A stretch of DNA of 64,000 nt from positions 84,095 to 148,094 of the IMG/VR virus record IMGVR_UViG_3300021255_002065. One strand, 5' to 3'. The position numbers were made by a program, and so were the translations under genes. This DNA comes from a virus (taxonomy: Duplodnaviria; Caudoviricetes). This document shows positions 50,400 to 58,917 of the stretch, one piece after another. The notes below the pieces were generated by a model that saw only the letters and a program-made list of their open reading frames with translations, had not been told where the DNA came from and made no database searches. Within the stretch, counting starts at the first letter, position 1. Each line of letters begins with the position of its first letter.

Positions 50400-50801
50400 T
50401 CACTTACTTTGCATTCTGTAATTTTGTTCCTGAATTAATGTATCTCGAATCATTCTTGATATAATCATGGCATCTTCCACAGCAGCACATGCAGAAGGTC
50501 TCCAATCATCACCTGTTACCATCTTGATGTAATCCAACATATTGACACCAAACTGAAGCAAGTAATCTTGTGCAGCACTATATGCTTCATCCAATTTTGT
50601 GACTGGATATGATGTGGGATTGATTAGATATTCACAACGTTCCATTTCTGCTTCTAAGAATAATTGCACAAATCTATCTGCATCCATGATGGATTGTTGT
50701 ACGACTTGATTTGTTAATTCTTTAATATTGATTTCTACATTCAAATTTCGTCGATTCATTAGATTGACAGACAGCTGTGTTGTAAATGATTTGTAATCCA
50801 T
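50400..50801 (-). CDS. Hypothetical protein, paralog of 44608-45024
   Basis: Start MDYK after GGAGG; shared motifs with 44608. Confidence 0.65.
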   Translation of the reverse strand: MDYKSFTTQLSVNLMNRRNLNVEINIKELTNQVVQQSIMDADRFVQLFLEAEMERCEYLINPTSYPVTKLDEAYSAAQDYLLQFGVNMLDYIKMVTGDDWRPSACAAVEDAMIISRMIRDTLIQEQNYRMQSK

Positions 50802-50882
50802 ATACATTCCTCCATATATAAAGTTTGTTATAAAGTTCAATAAGACCGATTGATAATTTTCATACTTAAGGGAGATGATATT

Positions 50883-52883
50883 ATGTTAGATGATACTTTA
50901 GTTGTAGAATCCATGTTAGATCAATTATACATGGAAAGTGGAGAAACACCTTCTCCACCACAATCTCAAAATGTAAAAGTAGCATTAGACAGAATTCTAT
51001 CAGTAGAACCAAAGGAGATTAATAAAACATTCTTGGAAAACTTATTCGCAGGACATCATGATCGTAAAACAAATACATTCACAGATCCATTGTTCAAACC
51101 AACTGCAAAGATTTTATTAACACCTGATCTCTATCGATACGTAAGGGAACCAACAGAAACCACTCTTGGGAGATTGGTATTGAATCGATACTTGTTGGAA
51201 CAATGGGGAATCATCGAAATGATTGGATATTGGAATAAAGAGATCGATAGCAAAGGATTGAGTAATTTAAATACAGAAGTCAACAATCTCGTGTTGGAAG
51301 ATAAGATCGATTGCGATACCTTGGTTGAATATGTAGATGCTCGTGATAGATTGGGATTCTGGTGTTCCGGATTCCTTGCAGTATCCATTACACCGGCTTT
51401 GTTGTTACCAATGGAGAATGTCAATAAACGTAAATTAGAATTGTTTGATGCACACAAAACAGAATTGGAATCTGATAATCCCGTTACACAGATTATGGTA
51501 AACAATGCCATTGAAAAAGAACTTGTTGATATTGTTCGTGAAAACCTGAAAGCGGATTCCGGTTATGACTTCTATCGAAGTGGTGATGCCAACTTGGATA
51601 ACAACTATAAGACGATCAACGTTATGAGAGGCGCGGTATTTGATGAAGCGACCAAAAAATACCATGTCGTGAAATCATCACTGATGGAAGGAATCAAACC
51701 CCATGACATCACACCATTTGCAAACTCCGTTGTTGCTGCCGCATATCCTTCTGCAGTAGGTACTGCGGAAGCAGGATATATGTCAAAACAATTAATCGCC
51801 TTAACACAATCAGAACACATCAATCCGGATCCAAACTCTGATTGTGGAACAAATGCAACCATTCCATTCTTTGTAACTGATAGAAACAAACAATACATTG
51901 TGTTCCGTAATATTAAAGAAGGAAATAAGATTAAAGAATTAACATTACATGACTTGGGAGATTATGTTGGAAAAACGGTACAACTATATTCTCCACAATG
52001 TTGCTGTAATAAAACAATCTGTGCAAAATGTGCTGGCACACTGTTCTATCGTATGGGTGGTGGCGATGTTGTGAACATCGGTTGTTTAACCTCTATTATT
52101 ACAAAGACCATTCTTGACAGAAAACTGAAATCAAAACATGACTTGTCTCAAAATGCCGGATTTATGGATCCAAAACGTGCATTCTTGAATGCTCCAGACT
52201 TTGTTGATGTAACAGAAGATGGTCATCTTCGTACAAAAAAACGATTGAAATTGTTTGTCCCAAAATATACAGATGAAGTGACTGCATACTATATCGAAGC
52301 TCGTAGCATGCACTGTATCGGTGTTATGCCAGCTAAGTTTTATGATGACCATGGAAATGAAATCTTATCCACATTAATGTCCGTACCAACCATGATTGAC
52401 TTGATACTATATCAAGATATCCAAGAAGATATGGATAATTACATTATCGATTATGAAGCTGGATCTAATGTTTGTTCATTGGCATTTGCACAAAACATTG
52501 AAAATGTATGTGACTATTTGAATTTGATTTATTTCCATTCTAAATTACCACTGATACCATATCATCTATACACCGATATGGAATTTCGTAATCTGGAATT
52601 AAATAAAATGGACTTGGAAGGACCGAGTATCATCTATGAATTGTTAGCTCGTAGATTGTGTCGTGATGGAAATGAATCATTTGCACTCACTTATGGAAAA
52701 AATCCAAACGTGGATCCATTAAGCTATACGAAACTTTCTTATCGTGAAGCCGTACAAAAGGCTGGTGCATTACAAGCGGTGTTATTCGAAGATATCTCCA
52801 AAGGTATCAATGTTAACTTGGCAAATACATTAAATGGGATTGAACCAGAAGACACTCCGTTTGATAAAATCATTCGTGCATAA
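50883..52883 (+). CDS. Virion RNA polymerase beta' C-terminal subunit (phiKZ gp80-like)
   Basis: TTLGRLVLN, bridge helix TAEAGYMSKQL, Zn site DCGT...LYSPQCC..ICAKCAG; N-terminal LVVE|S and LYME|S sites suggest packaging. Confidence 0.8.
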   Translation: MLDDTLVVESMLDQLYMESGETPSPPQSQNVKVALDRILSVEPKEINKTFLENLFAGHHDRKTNTFTDPLFKPTAKILLTPDLYRYVREPTETTLGRLVLNRYLLEQWGIIEMIGYWNKEIDSKGLSNLNTEVNNLVLEDKIDCDTLVEYVDARDRLGFWCSGFLAVSITPALLLPMENVNKRKLELFDAHKTELESDNPVTQIMVNNAIEKELVDIVRENLKADSGYDFYRSGDANLDNNYKTINVMRGAVFDEATKKYHVVKSSLMEGIKPHDITPFANSVVAAAYPSAVGTAEAGYMSKQLIALTQSEHINPDPNSDCGTNATIPFFVTDRNKQYIVFRNIKEGNKIKELTLHDLGDYVGKTVQLYSPQCCCNKTICAKCAGTLFYRMGGGDVVNIGCLTSIITKTILDRKLKSKHDLSQNAGFMDPKRAFLNAPDFVDVTEDGHLRTKKRLKLFVPKYTDEVTAYYIEARSMHCIGVMPAKFYDDHGNEILSTLMSVPTMIDLILYQDIQEDMDNYIIDYEAGSNVCSLAFAQNIENVCDYLNLIYFHSKLPLIPYHLYTDMEFRNLELNKMDLEGPSIIYELLARRLCRDGNESFALTYGKNPNVDPLSYTKLSYREAVQKAGALQAVLFEDISKGINVNLANTLNGIEPEDTPFDKIIRA

Positions 52884-52987
52884 CATGTTTGTAATGCAAA
52901 AGTTTATACACCATCTTGTCGTGCCCTTATTCCACTCGGGCATGACGCTTTTGCATACCTTTCTTCAAACTAACAAATGCATTAGAT

Positions 52988-53007
52988 GCCGGCCCATATG
53001 GGCCGGC
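52988..53007. terminator. Perfect palindrome GCCGGCCCATATGGGCCGGC
   Basis: Lies between convergent genes. Confidence 0.7.
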
Positions 53008-53023
53008 TCACTAATGTATGTGT

Positions 53024-53611
53024 TTATACGATAATCTCATTCAGAATCTTCATCTTATACATCTTGGCAATCTCTGCTTCGATAAGACAACCACGAGCTT
53101 CTGTCCATACACCCGTGAAATAGATGTAATCCGCTTTTGACATCATACTGATGGAATGACCGAGATACCACATCGCATTTGCATCTGCGGGAGCATCATC
53201 CACAAAATACTGGTCAAGGAATACAAGAATGGTGTTCTTCTTTTTCTTGAAACAATCGTAAATATGTTTGATGGCTTCTTGACGTTCGTTCAGTACCTCT
53301 TCATCTGTTCTACCACTCATCGGTTGGGAGATGAAGATTTTAATGATTCTAGGAACATTGGCCCATTCCCAATCACCATTCAGTTTGTCCACATCTGGCA
53401 TTTCCATACCCGTGTCCTGATGAAGGGTTTTGGCAATATGCATCAGATGTCTATCACCAATACCAGAGATGGATGTGATGTTATGTTTGTTGTGATACTC
53501 AGCCACATCCCATGCTGTTTTCAGTCCAGCTTTCTTTAACGCTTTCTTGATGGAGTTCTTGAACCCGATATTGTCAATATGGGTTTCCTTTGGATTCAGT
53601 TTCATAATCAT
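53024..53611 (-). CDS. RNAP alpha-CTD-like HhH domain fused to a DUF4406/nucleoside deoxyribosyltransferase-like domain
   Basis: IDNIGF..SIKKALKKAGLKTAWDV...ISGIG; KIFISQPMSG...MMSKADYIYF..WTEARGCLIE. Confidence 0.6.
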   Translation of the reverse strand: MIMKLNPKETHIDNIGFKNSIKKALKKAGLKTAWDVAEYHNKHNITSISGIGDRHLMHIAKTLHQDTGMEMPDVDKLNGDWEWANVPRIIKIFISQPMSGRTDEEVLNERQEAIKHIYDCFKKKKNTILVFLDQYFVDDAPADANAMWYLGHSISMMSKADYIYFTGVWTEARGCLIEAEIAKMYKMKILNEIIV

Positions 53612-53614
53612 TCC

Positions 53615-54871
53615 TCACTTTCTTGCAAATGAAATAATATCTCCAACACTATCACCTTTCATGACATGTGTTTGAAGTTCAGCAAATGTTAAACCATCCT
53701 TCACTTCATAATCCTCATCCAATTGAGATGGATGGAAAGAATCAGGATAGTGGCATGTTAAGAATTCACACAATGTTTCTTTTACAACTCCTTTGATTTC
53801 CAAGTGGATATCGCATCTACCCGGACGAATGAAGGCAGGGTCCAATGCTTCCACATGGTTTGTTGTGAATACATAGATAACATTCGTTGGTGCACCGATA
53901 CCATCTAATGCATTCAGAATAGTTGCCATACCAACATTCTTTTTCTTCTTATCATCATTCTCATTATCTGTTTTCTCTCTGGTAAGATTGAACAATCCAG
54001 AATCGATATCTTCAAATAACAATACACGATAGATTCTGTCATCCATGGAATTTGTTCCCATGTTATGTTCAATTACCTCTTTGATTTCGGAAATCGCATC
54101 GCCATTTACCACAGTAAGTTCCGCACCAATGTGGTCCGCGATGGCTTGTGCAATGGACGTCTTACCCCCAGCTGGTCTGCCATATAATAACACACCAAAG
54201 TGATTGGGGATATTGTTCTTAATATAGAAATCTCGATTATTGACATATGCATCAATAGATTCTATCAAGAATTTCCTCTGAGCAGCTGGAATAAAGACAT
54301 CGTCGAATGTGCGAAGTTTATGATTCACCCAATTGGATTCAGATTGATTATCAGCGATTGTGACAGTCTTGACATTATAATCACGATTGGTGAATTCTTC
54401 AACATACTTGTTTCGTGCAACCCGATACATTTCTTCAATGAATTTTCGCAATATCTGTTTGTTGCATTTGTTATTAAATGTAATAAGATATGCACCATTG
54501 GGAGAACGATGTCCTCTTTCTTGTTCGGAAAACTTGTTAATCTTGATAAGAATGGGTGTTCCTTTATATACGATAAAGTCTACATAATTATCGGCGAATC
54601 CCCATCCAAGTGGTTCGAATTTGACGGGTTCGTTAACGAGATGAGATTCACCCGAACGAAATTCTACCGACTCAGGATAATTCTTCATCATCCTATCTAA
54701 TGCAGCTGCTATATCGTACATCGCATCACTGATAGAAACGGTATAAAACAGTTTGGATTTGAGAATACCCAATCCATTTTCAATCAACGGTTTGCATGCT
54801 TGAGAAGCAATTGCACTAACTACTCCAGTTAGTAACATCTTTTTCATACCCTCATACTTGTTCTTGTTCAT
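53615..54871 (-). CDS. AAA+ ATPase, BCS1-like
   Basis: Walker A GRPAGGKT, Walker B LLFEDID, LNALDG, TTNH, LDPAFIRPGR. Confidence 0.85.
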   Translation of the reverse strand: MNKNKYEGMKKMLLTGVVSAIASQACKPLIENGLGILKSKLFYTVSISDAMYDIAAALDRMMKNYPESVEFRSGESHLVNEPVKFEPLGWGFADNYVDFIVYKGTPILIKINKFSEQERGHRSPNGAYLITFNNKCNKQILRKFIEEMYRVARNKYVEEFTNRDYNVKTVTIADNQSESNWVNHKLRTFDDVFIPAAQRKFLIESIDAYVNNRDFYIKNNIPNHFGVLLYGRPAGGKTSIAQAIADHIGAELTVVNGDAISEIKEVIEHNMGTNSMDDRIYRVLLFEDIDSGLFNLTREKTDNENDDKKKKNVGMATILNALDGIGAPTNVIYVFTTNHVEALDPAFIRPGRCDIHLEIKGVVKETLCEFLTCHYPDSFHPSQLDEDYEVKDGLTFAELQTHVMKGDSVGDIISFARK

Positions 54872-54924
54872 ACCTTACATTACTCCTTTTCATTATATAT
54901 TATACTATACATTGATTGACCTCC

Positions 54925-54946
54925 GGTCAATCTAATAATATACATA
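54925..54946 (-). promoter_or_regulatory. Candidate promoter TATGTATATTATTAGATTGACC
   Basis: 20/22 identical to 62382-62403; contains TATATTAT; overlaps the GATTGACC/GGTCAATC hairpin. Confidence 0.6.
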
Positions 54947-54990
54947 GATATTTAGAAAATAATAGACACTAAAGTTGTATACTATATTGA

Positions 54991-55015
54991 ATTACCCGGG
55001 ATGATCCCGGGTAAT
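54991..55015. terminator. Palindrome ATTACCCGGGAT-G-ATCCCGGGTAAT
   Basis: Just downstream of the 55028 stop. Confidence 0.6.
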
Positions 55016-55027
55016 CCATTAGTGTTA

Positions 55028-55813
55028 TTACATCTCAACAAATGGTGAATAAGATTTCTTAATATTGGAATTCAACATGGAACCAATATACTTAGTCATG
55101 ATAAACATTCCTTTGTTAGGATCCTTGGCGATATCGCACACATCCAACCAGTTTTGTTGGTGTTTTTCCATTAACTCAATCAGATACTTTACATCGGTAT
55201 TATTGTTCATTCCCAATAAGAAGATGCCGGATGCAATACTATACTCATCCGTGAAACTCTGAATCGGTTTTGTGGCATAGATAATTTGTGTCACTAATCC
55301 CGTAGGATTGTATTTTCTGATAGCATCCATATATGCAAAGTCAATGACATTTGGTTTTTCAAAATATCCATACTTTGTAATCTTCTGGAAAATAGATTGA
55401 TACATTTCTTGCTGTGGTGATTTCTCAATTAAGAATGTTTCCAGTAAAGCCATGATATCATCAAGCTTCTTTGTCGAATCTGGGAGATGTTTTCGATATA
55501 GCGGTGGGCATGCGTCATAAAGATAATCAAATACTTCAGCCAATGTTACCGTCATTCGAAATGCATTAAAATCTTTCTTATCGTTCATCAATTTTTCATT
55601 AACGAAAATGGATTGATCCACATGAGGCATGTGGAGATAATTGTTTTCCCAGAATAATCGATAGAAACAATCAATCCATTTATCTGGTTTAATTAACACT
55701 TTGATTGCTGGTATGGAGTAAAGGGATTCTGAACGAATCCCTTTCTCCAATAGTGTCACATATGGTTCTTCATTTATCAAACCAGATGCTGTTGTGATTG
55801 ATACAATCTCCAT
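55028..55813 (-). CDS. Hypothetical protein
   Basis: 261-aa ORF in the nvRNAP operon. Confidence 0.6.
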   Translation of the reverse strand: MEIVSITTASGLINEEPYVTLLEKGIRSESLYSIPAIKVLIKPDKWIDCFYRLFWENNYLHMPHVDQSIFVNEKLMNDKKDFNAFRMTVTLAEVFDYLYDACPPLYRKHLPDSTKKLDDIMALLETFLIEKSPQQEMYQSIFQKITKYGYFEKPNVIDFAYMDAIRKYNPTGLVTQIIYATKPIQSFTDEYSIASGIFLLGMNNNTDVKYLIELMEKHQQNWLDVCDIAKDPNKGMFIMTKYIGSMLNSNIKKSYSPFVEM

Positions 55814-55831
55814 ATCTTATCGCTTCTTTCT

Positions 55832-56863
55832 TTATAAGAGTTCCAACAAGTTCATTCCGTCTACTGAGATTTTTGCCAATCCATCAATATCCAACAAATC
55901 AATCAATAATCCTTTTGTCTTTTCAACTGTACTTGGAGGAATCAATGCTTGATGGGATTTGACATGAATCAACGGATATGCTTGCTTTAAATAGTCATGA
56001 TAGTTTTCATTGATACATGGGAGCACACTTTCAATTGACTTTGGGTCTTTGGTAATCTTATGCTGTTCAACCGCACGTAATAAGTCATTGGCAAAATTGG
56101 TAATGCCAAAAGATGTCATTCCCATAATACCTCTTTCCATATCACCGATGATGGCTTGTAACAGATTATAGAATACCTCATTCTGACAGAAGATGTCCAT
56201 CACATCCAAGTCTATCTTGGAAATGGATTGACAAATCATCAATGGGTCAGACAACTGGGAATTTCCATGACGTGAGAATCGAGAATACATCACCTTTGTA
56301 TTTGGTTGGAAGGTATAGGAGGTGAATAACTGATTTCCAGAAACAATCAATTTCGTTCTGTCTTCACTGAGAATTGCGGGTACGATAAAAGAATCAATGA
56401 AGTTTGTCTTAATCAGATAAGAATTTGGAACATACTTCAACACAACTTCGACTTTCTTCATAGCTTCTGTCCAGTAATATACGAACTGTTTGAATCTATC
56501 TTGTGCATATCTCGTTTGATAAGAATGGAGATATACACTAATGACCTCTTGTTCTGGTAAAGGCTTCATTTCAAATTCATTCCACAATAAGAAGATTCGT
56601 GTACCGTCATATTTTCGAGAGAAGTCTTTCCAGTGTTTCACCACACCGAGGACACATGAGACGATATCCTTTTCTGCATCATCCGAGAATGGTAAAGAAT
56701 TCATAAACTTCGATGCGTTGGATAATACCGTCACAAGCGTGTTTAAGTCGAGATAGATGTCAAGGCCGTTTGGGGAAGAGAAATCTTCCCCAAGTACGGC
56801 TGAAATGACACGATATTTCGGTTTGATATACATACCGGCTATCGGACCAATTGAATATGACAT
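55832..56863 (-). CDS. 5'-3' exonuclease/PIN-fold-like protein, possibly inactive
   Basis: IYLDLN N-terminal strand and H3TH-like AIIGDMERGIMGMTSFG; other acidic motifs degenerate. Confidence 0.45.
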   Translation of the reverse strand: MSYSIGPIAGMYIKPKYRVISAVLGEDFSSPNGLDIYLDLNTLVTVLSNASKFMNSLPFSDDAEKDIVSCVLGVVKHWKDFSRKYDGTRIFLLWNEFEMKPLPEQEVISVYLHSYQTRYAQDRFKQFVYYWTEAMKKVEVVLKYVPNSYLIKTNFIDSFIVPAILSEDRTKLIVSGNQLFTSYTFQPNTKVMYSRFSRHGNSQLSDPLMICQSISKIDLDVMDIFCQNEVFYNLLQAIIGDMERGIMGMTSFGITNFANDLLRAVEQHKITKDPKSIESVLPCINENYHDYLKQAYPLIHVKSHQALIPPSTVEKTKGLLIDLLDIDGLAKISVDGMNLLELL

Positions 56864-56878
56864 ATTGACACCTCCTTA

Positions 56879-58894
56879 TTACAGTAATGCTTCTCCAAAC
56901 TGATAGTCGGAGAATGCACGAACACCAACACGATTTACTTCATTTCTAATGTCGAAGATGCTAGAGAGTAACTGATTGCCGGCTCTCTCAAATGCCAATG
57001 ATGTTGTCGCAGATTCTGCAGAGCCCAATGCTGTCTTCAATGGGAGAATCTGATATGGTTCATCAGGATTCAACCAGTTTGGACGTTTGACTTTATCATT
57101 GACATCTCTGAGTAAATGTCCGATGATGATTTCTCCATGCACACTAAGAATGGGAATCAAACGGTCTAACAATCTCATGAGCACAACAACTGCATCTTCT
57201 ACACGTTCGAGCTTGGAAGCATTGGATGTGAAGAATTTCATAATGTCCATATATTTTGCGATGATGGAAATATTAATTGGAGTGATATTGCAAAGCTCTC
57301 CACCGTTCTCGATAATCTTAAATGAGGAAATCTTATAATATACCACATCATCAATCTCCACTTTCTTTGCTTTGGATAAGACATCATCTGGAATCGCAAT
57401 ATCAGAATAATGACTGATGACAACTTCTTCCATATCTTTTCCACAATACAATGACAGACTCTCCGAAGACGTATCATGATAATCTTCTTTGAGATAGATA
57501 TCGAACTTCTTTTCATCTTTCGGATATACCGTTGATGAATTGAGTGTAAACCATTTATCAAAGTTTGCAGAGAAGTCAATCTTCTCTGCATCAGTCTTCA
57601 ATAGATGTTTTGCAGACAAGATATTCTGAGATACACGAGAAGTCATCAGTTCTGTCGTATAAATGAATCCACCTTCCAATTCTCCAACTTGTAATGCGAT
57701 TGTACCATAACAAACATGACAACAATCCTCATTCAAATTACAAGTGCAAGGAGAACGGAACCACAGCTTCTTACCAAATAAGGATTTGTCACCCTTATGA
57801 TATACTCGAAGAATACCATCATTCTTGGTACGCTGATAATATCGACCATTCATCATTCTGTCGGCAGATTCATCAATCGTAATCGGAATCAAATTACGAG
57901 AACCACAATCGTACACCGTCTTGGAGATAGTGCCATATGTGAGAATCATCAGGTTTCTGTTGAAGTATCCTGCATCACCCATCCATCTGTCATTCATTAA
58001 GTCTGGTACCTTTGCAGCAATCGCACCACCATAAAAGACTTCCAAGTCATGATAACCTGCTTTGAAACCGTTCCCGTTCATGATGACCGGAACGATATCT
58101 TTACCATCCGGAATCTGGGAGAAGTTGATATACAATTCTTCCATCTGCTTTGGCTTTACAATATTTGCATACTTCGCATCCAAGAAGAAGGGATTGCCAC
58201 GTTTCGTCATTTCTTGTTCCAGAATCTTATAACGACGCTTGTTCTCTTCAACGATATCTGCTGTTTGCATCTCTGGACCATATTCCGTATTATTAATTTC
58301 AAATACGATTTCGGATTCCATATAATGGTCTAAGAACAAATTTTCTGCAGAGAAGATTTGCATATTGGCTTGACCAAACACAAGTGTCTGTTCTTTTAAG
58401 TCAAGTGCCATTTTTGCCATAATCTCTTGCACTTCCTGAATGGTATGACCCATTCCAAGGAGTGTTTCTACAATCTTATTCTGGATTTGTTCTCTGTCCT
58501 TTTGTGACATAAATTTGTGCAGAATGAAGTCATCCAGATTTACCCGATTCAGATACGGGAGAATGGCACGGATGAATGCCATGGAAATCATGAATCGATT
58601 TAATGGGATGGCATACGTCAACGTGTCATCGATATTCACCTTAAACTTGATAGGGGTGTGTTGGAGTACATCGGATTCCATATCATCGGGTCTGATATGG
58701 TTTTCCCAACACAATACGGCGACATCTACCACACGTTCATACAGCTCGTCATACTGTTCATAGGTATGATATCTGTCAAGAATAATCAAGTCTCCCAAGA
58801 GCTCATAAATAGTATCAGGAGAAGTAATCTCCTGATACTTGCGGATGTCTGCAAAACGAGATTCGTTTACATCAGTTTTTGTGTTAAAGTTCAT
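56879..58894 (-). CDS. Non-virion RNA polymerase beta' C-terminal subunit (phiKZ gp74-like)
   Basis: DAGYFNRNL, YDCGS, FRSPCTC..CCHVCYG Zn site, SQNILSAKHLL trigger-loop region; start may be 58921. Confidence 0.82.
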   Translation of the reverse strand: MNFNTKTDVNESRFADIRKYQEITSPDTIYELLGDLIILDRYHTYEQYDELYERVVDVAVLCWENHIRPDDMESDVLQHTPIKFKVNIDDTLTYAIPLNRFMISMAFIRAILPYLNRVNLDDFILHKFMSQKDREQIQNKIVETLLGMGHTIQEVQEIMAKMALDLKEQTLVFGQANMQIFSAENLFLDHYMESEIVFEINNTEYGPEMQTADIVEENKRRYKILEQEMTKRGNPFFLDAKYANIVKPKQMEELYINFSQIPDGKDIVPVIMNGNGFKAGYHDLEVFYGGAIAAKVPDLMNDRWMGDAGYFNRNLMILTYGTISKTVYDCGSRNLIPITIDESADRMMNGRYYQRTKNDGILRVYHKGDKSLFGKKLWFRSPCTCNLNEDCCHVCYGTIALQVGELEGGFIYTTELMTSRVSQNILSAKHLLKTDAEKIDFSANFDKWFTLNSSTVYPKDEKKFDIYLKEDYHDTSSESLSLYCGKDMEEVVISHYSDIAIPDDVLSKAKKVEIDDVVYYKISSFKIIENGGELCNITPINISIIAKYMDIMKFFTSNASKLERVEDAVVVLMRLLDRLIPILSVHGEIIIGHLLRDVNDKVKRPNWLNPDEPYQILPLKTALGSAESATTSLAFERAGNQLLSSIFDIRNEVNRVGVRAFSDYQFGEALL

Positions 58895-58917
58895 ACATAT
58901 TTCCTCTCTTTCTTTAT

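Noticed and set aside
44608-50801. Invertible fibre cassette
   Set aside because: The flanking paralogs are similar only at protein level; no inverted DNA repeats or recombinase seen
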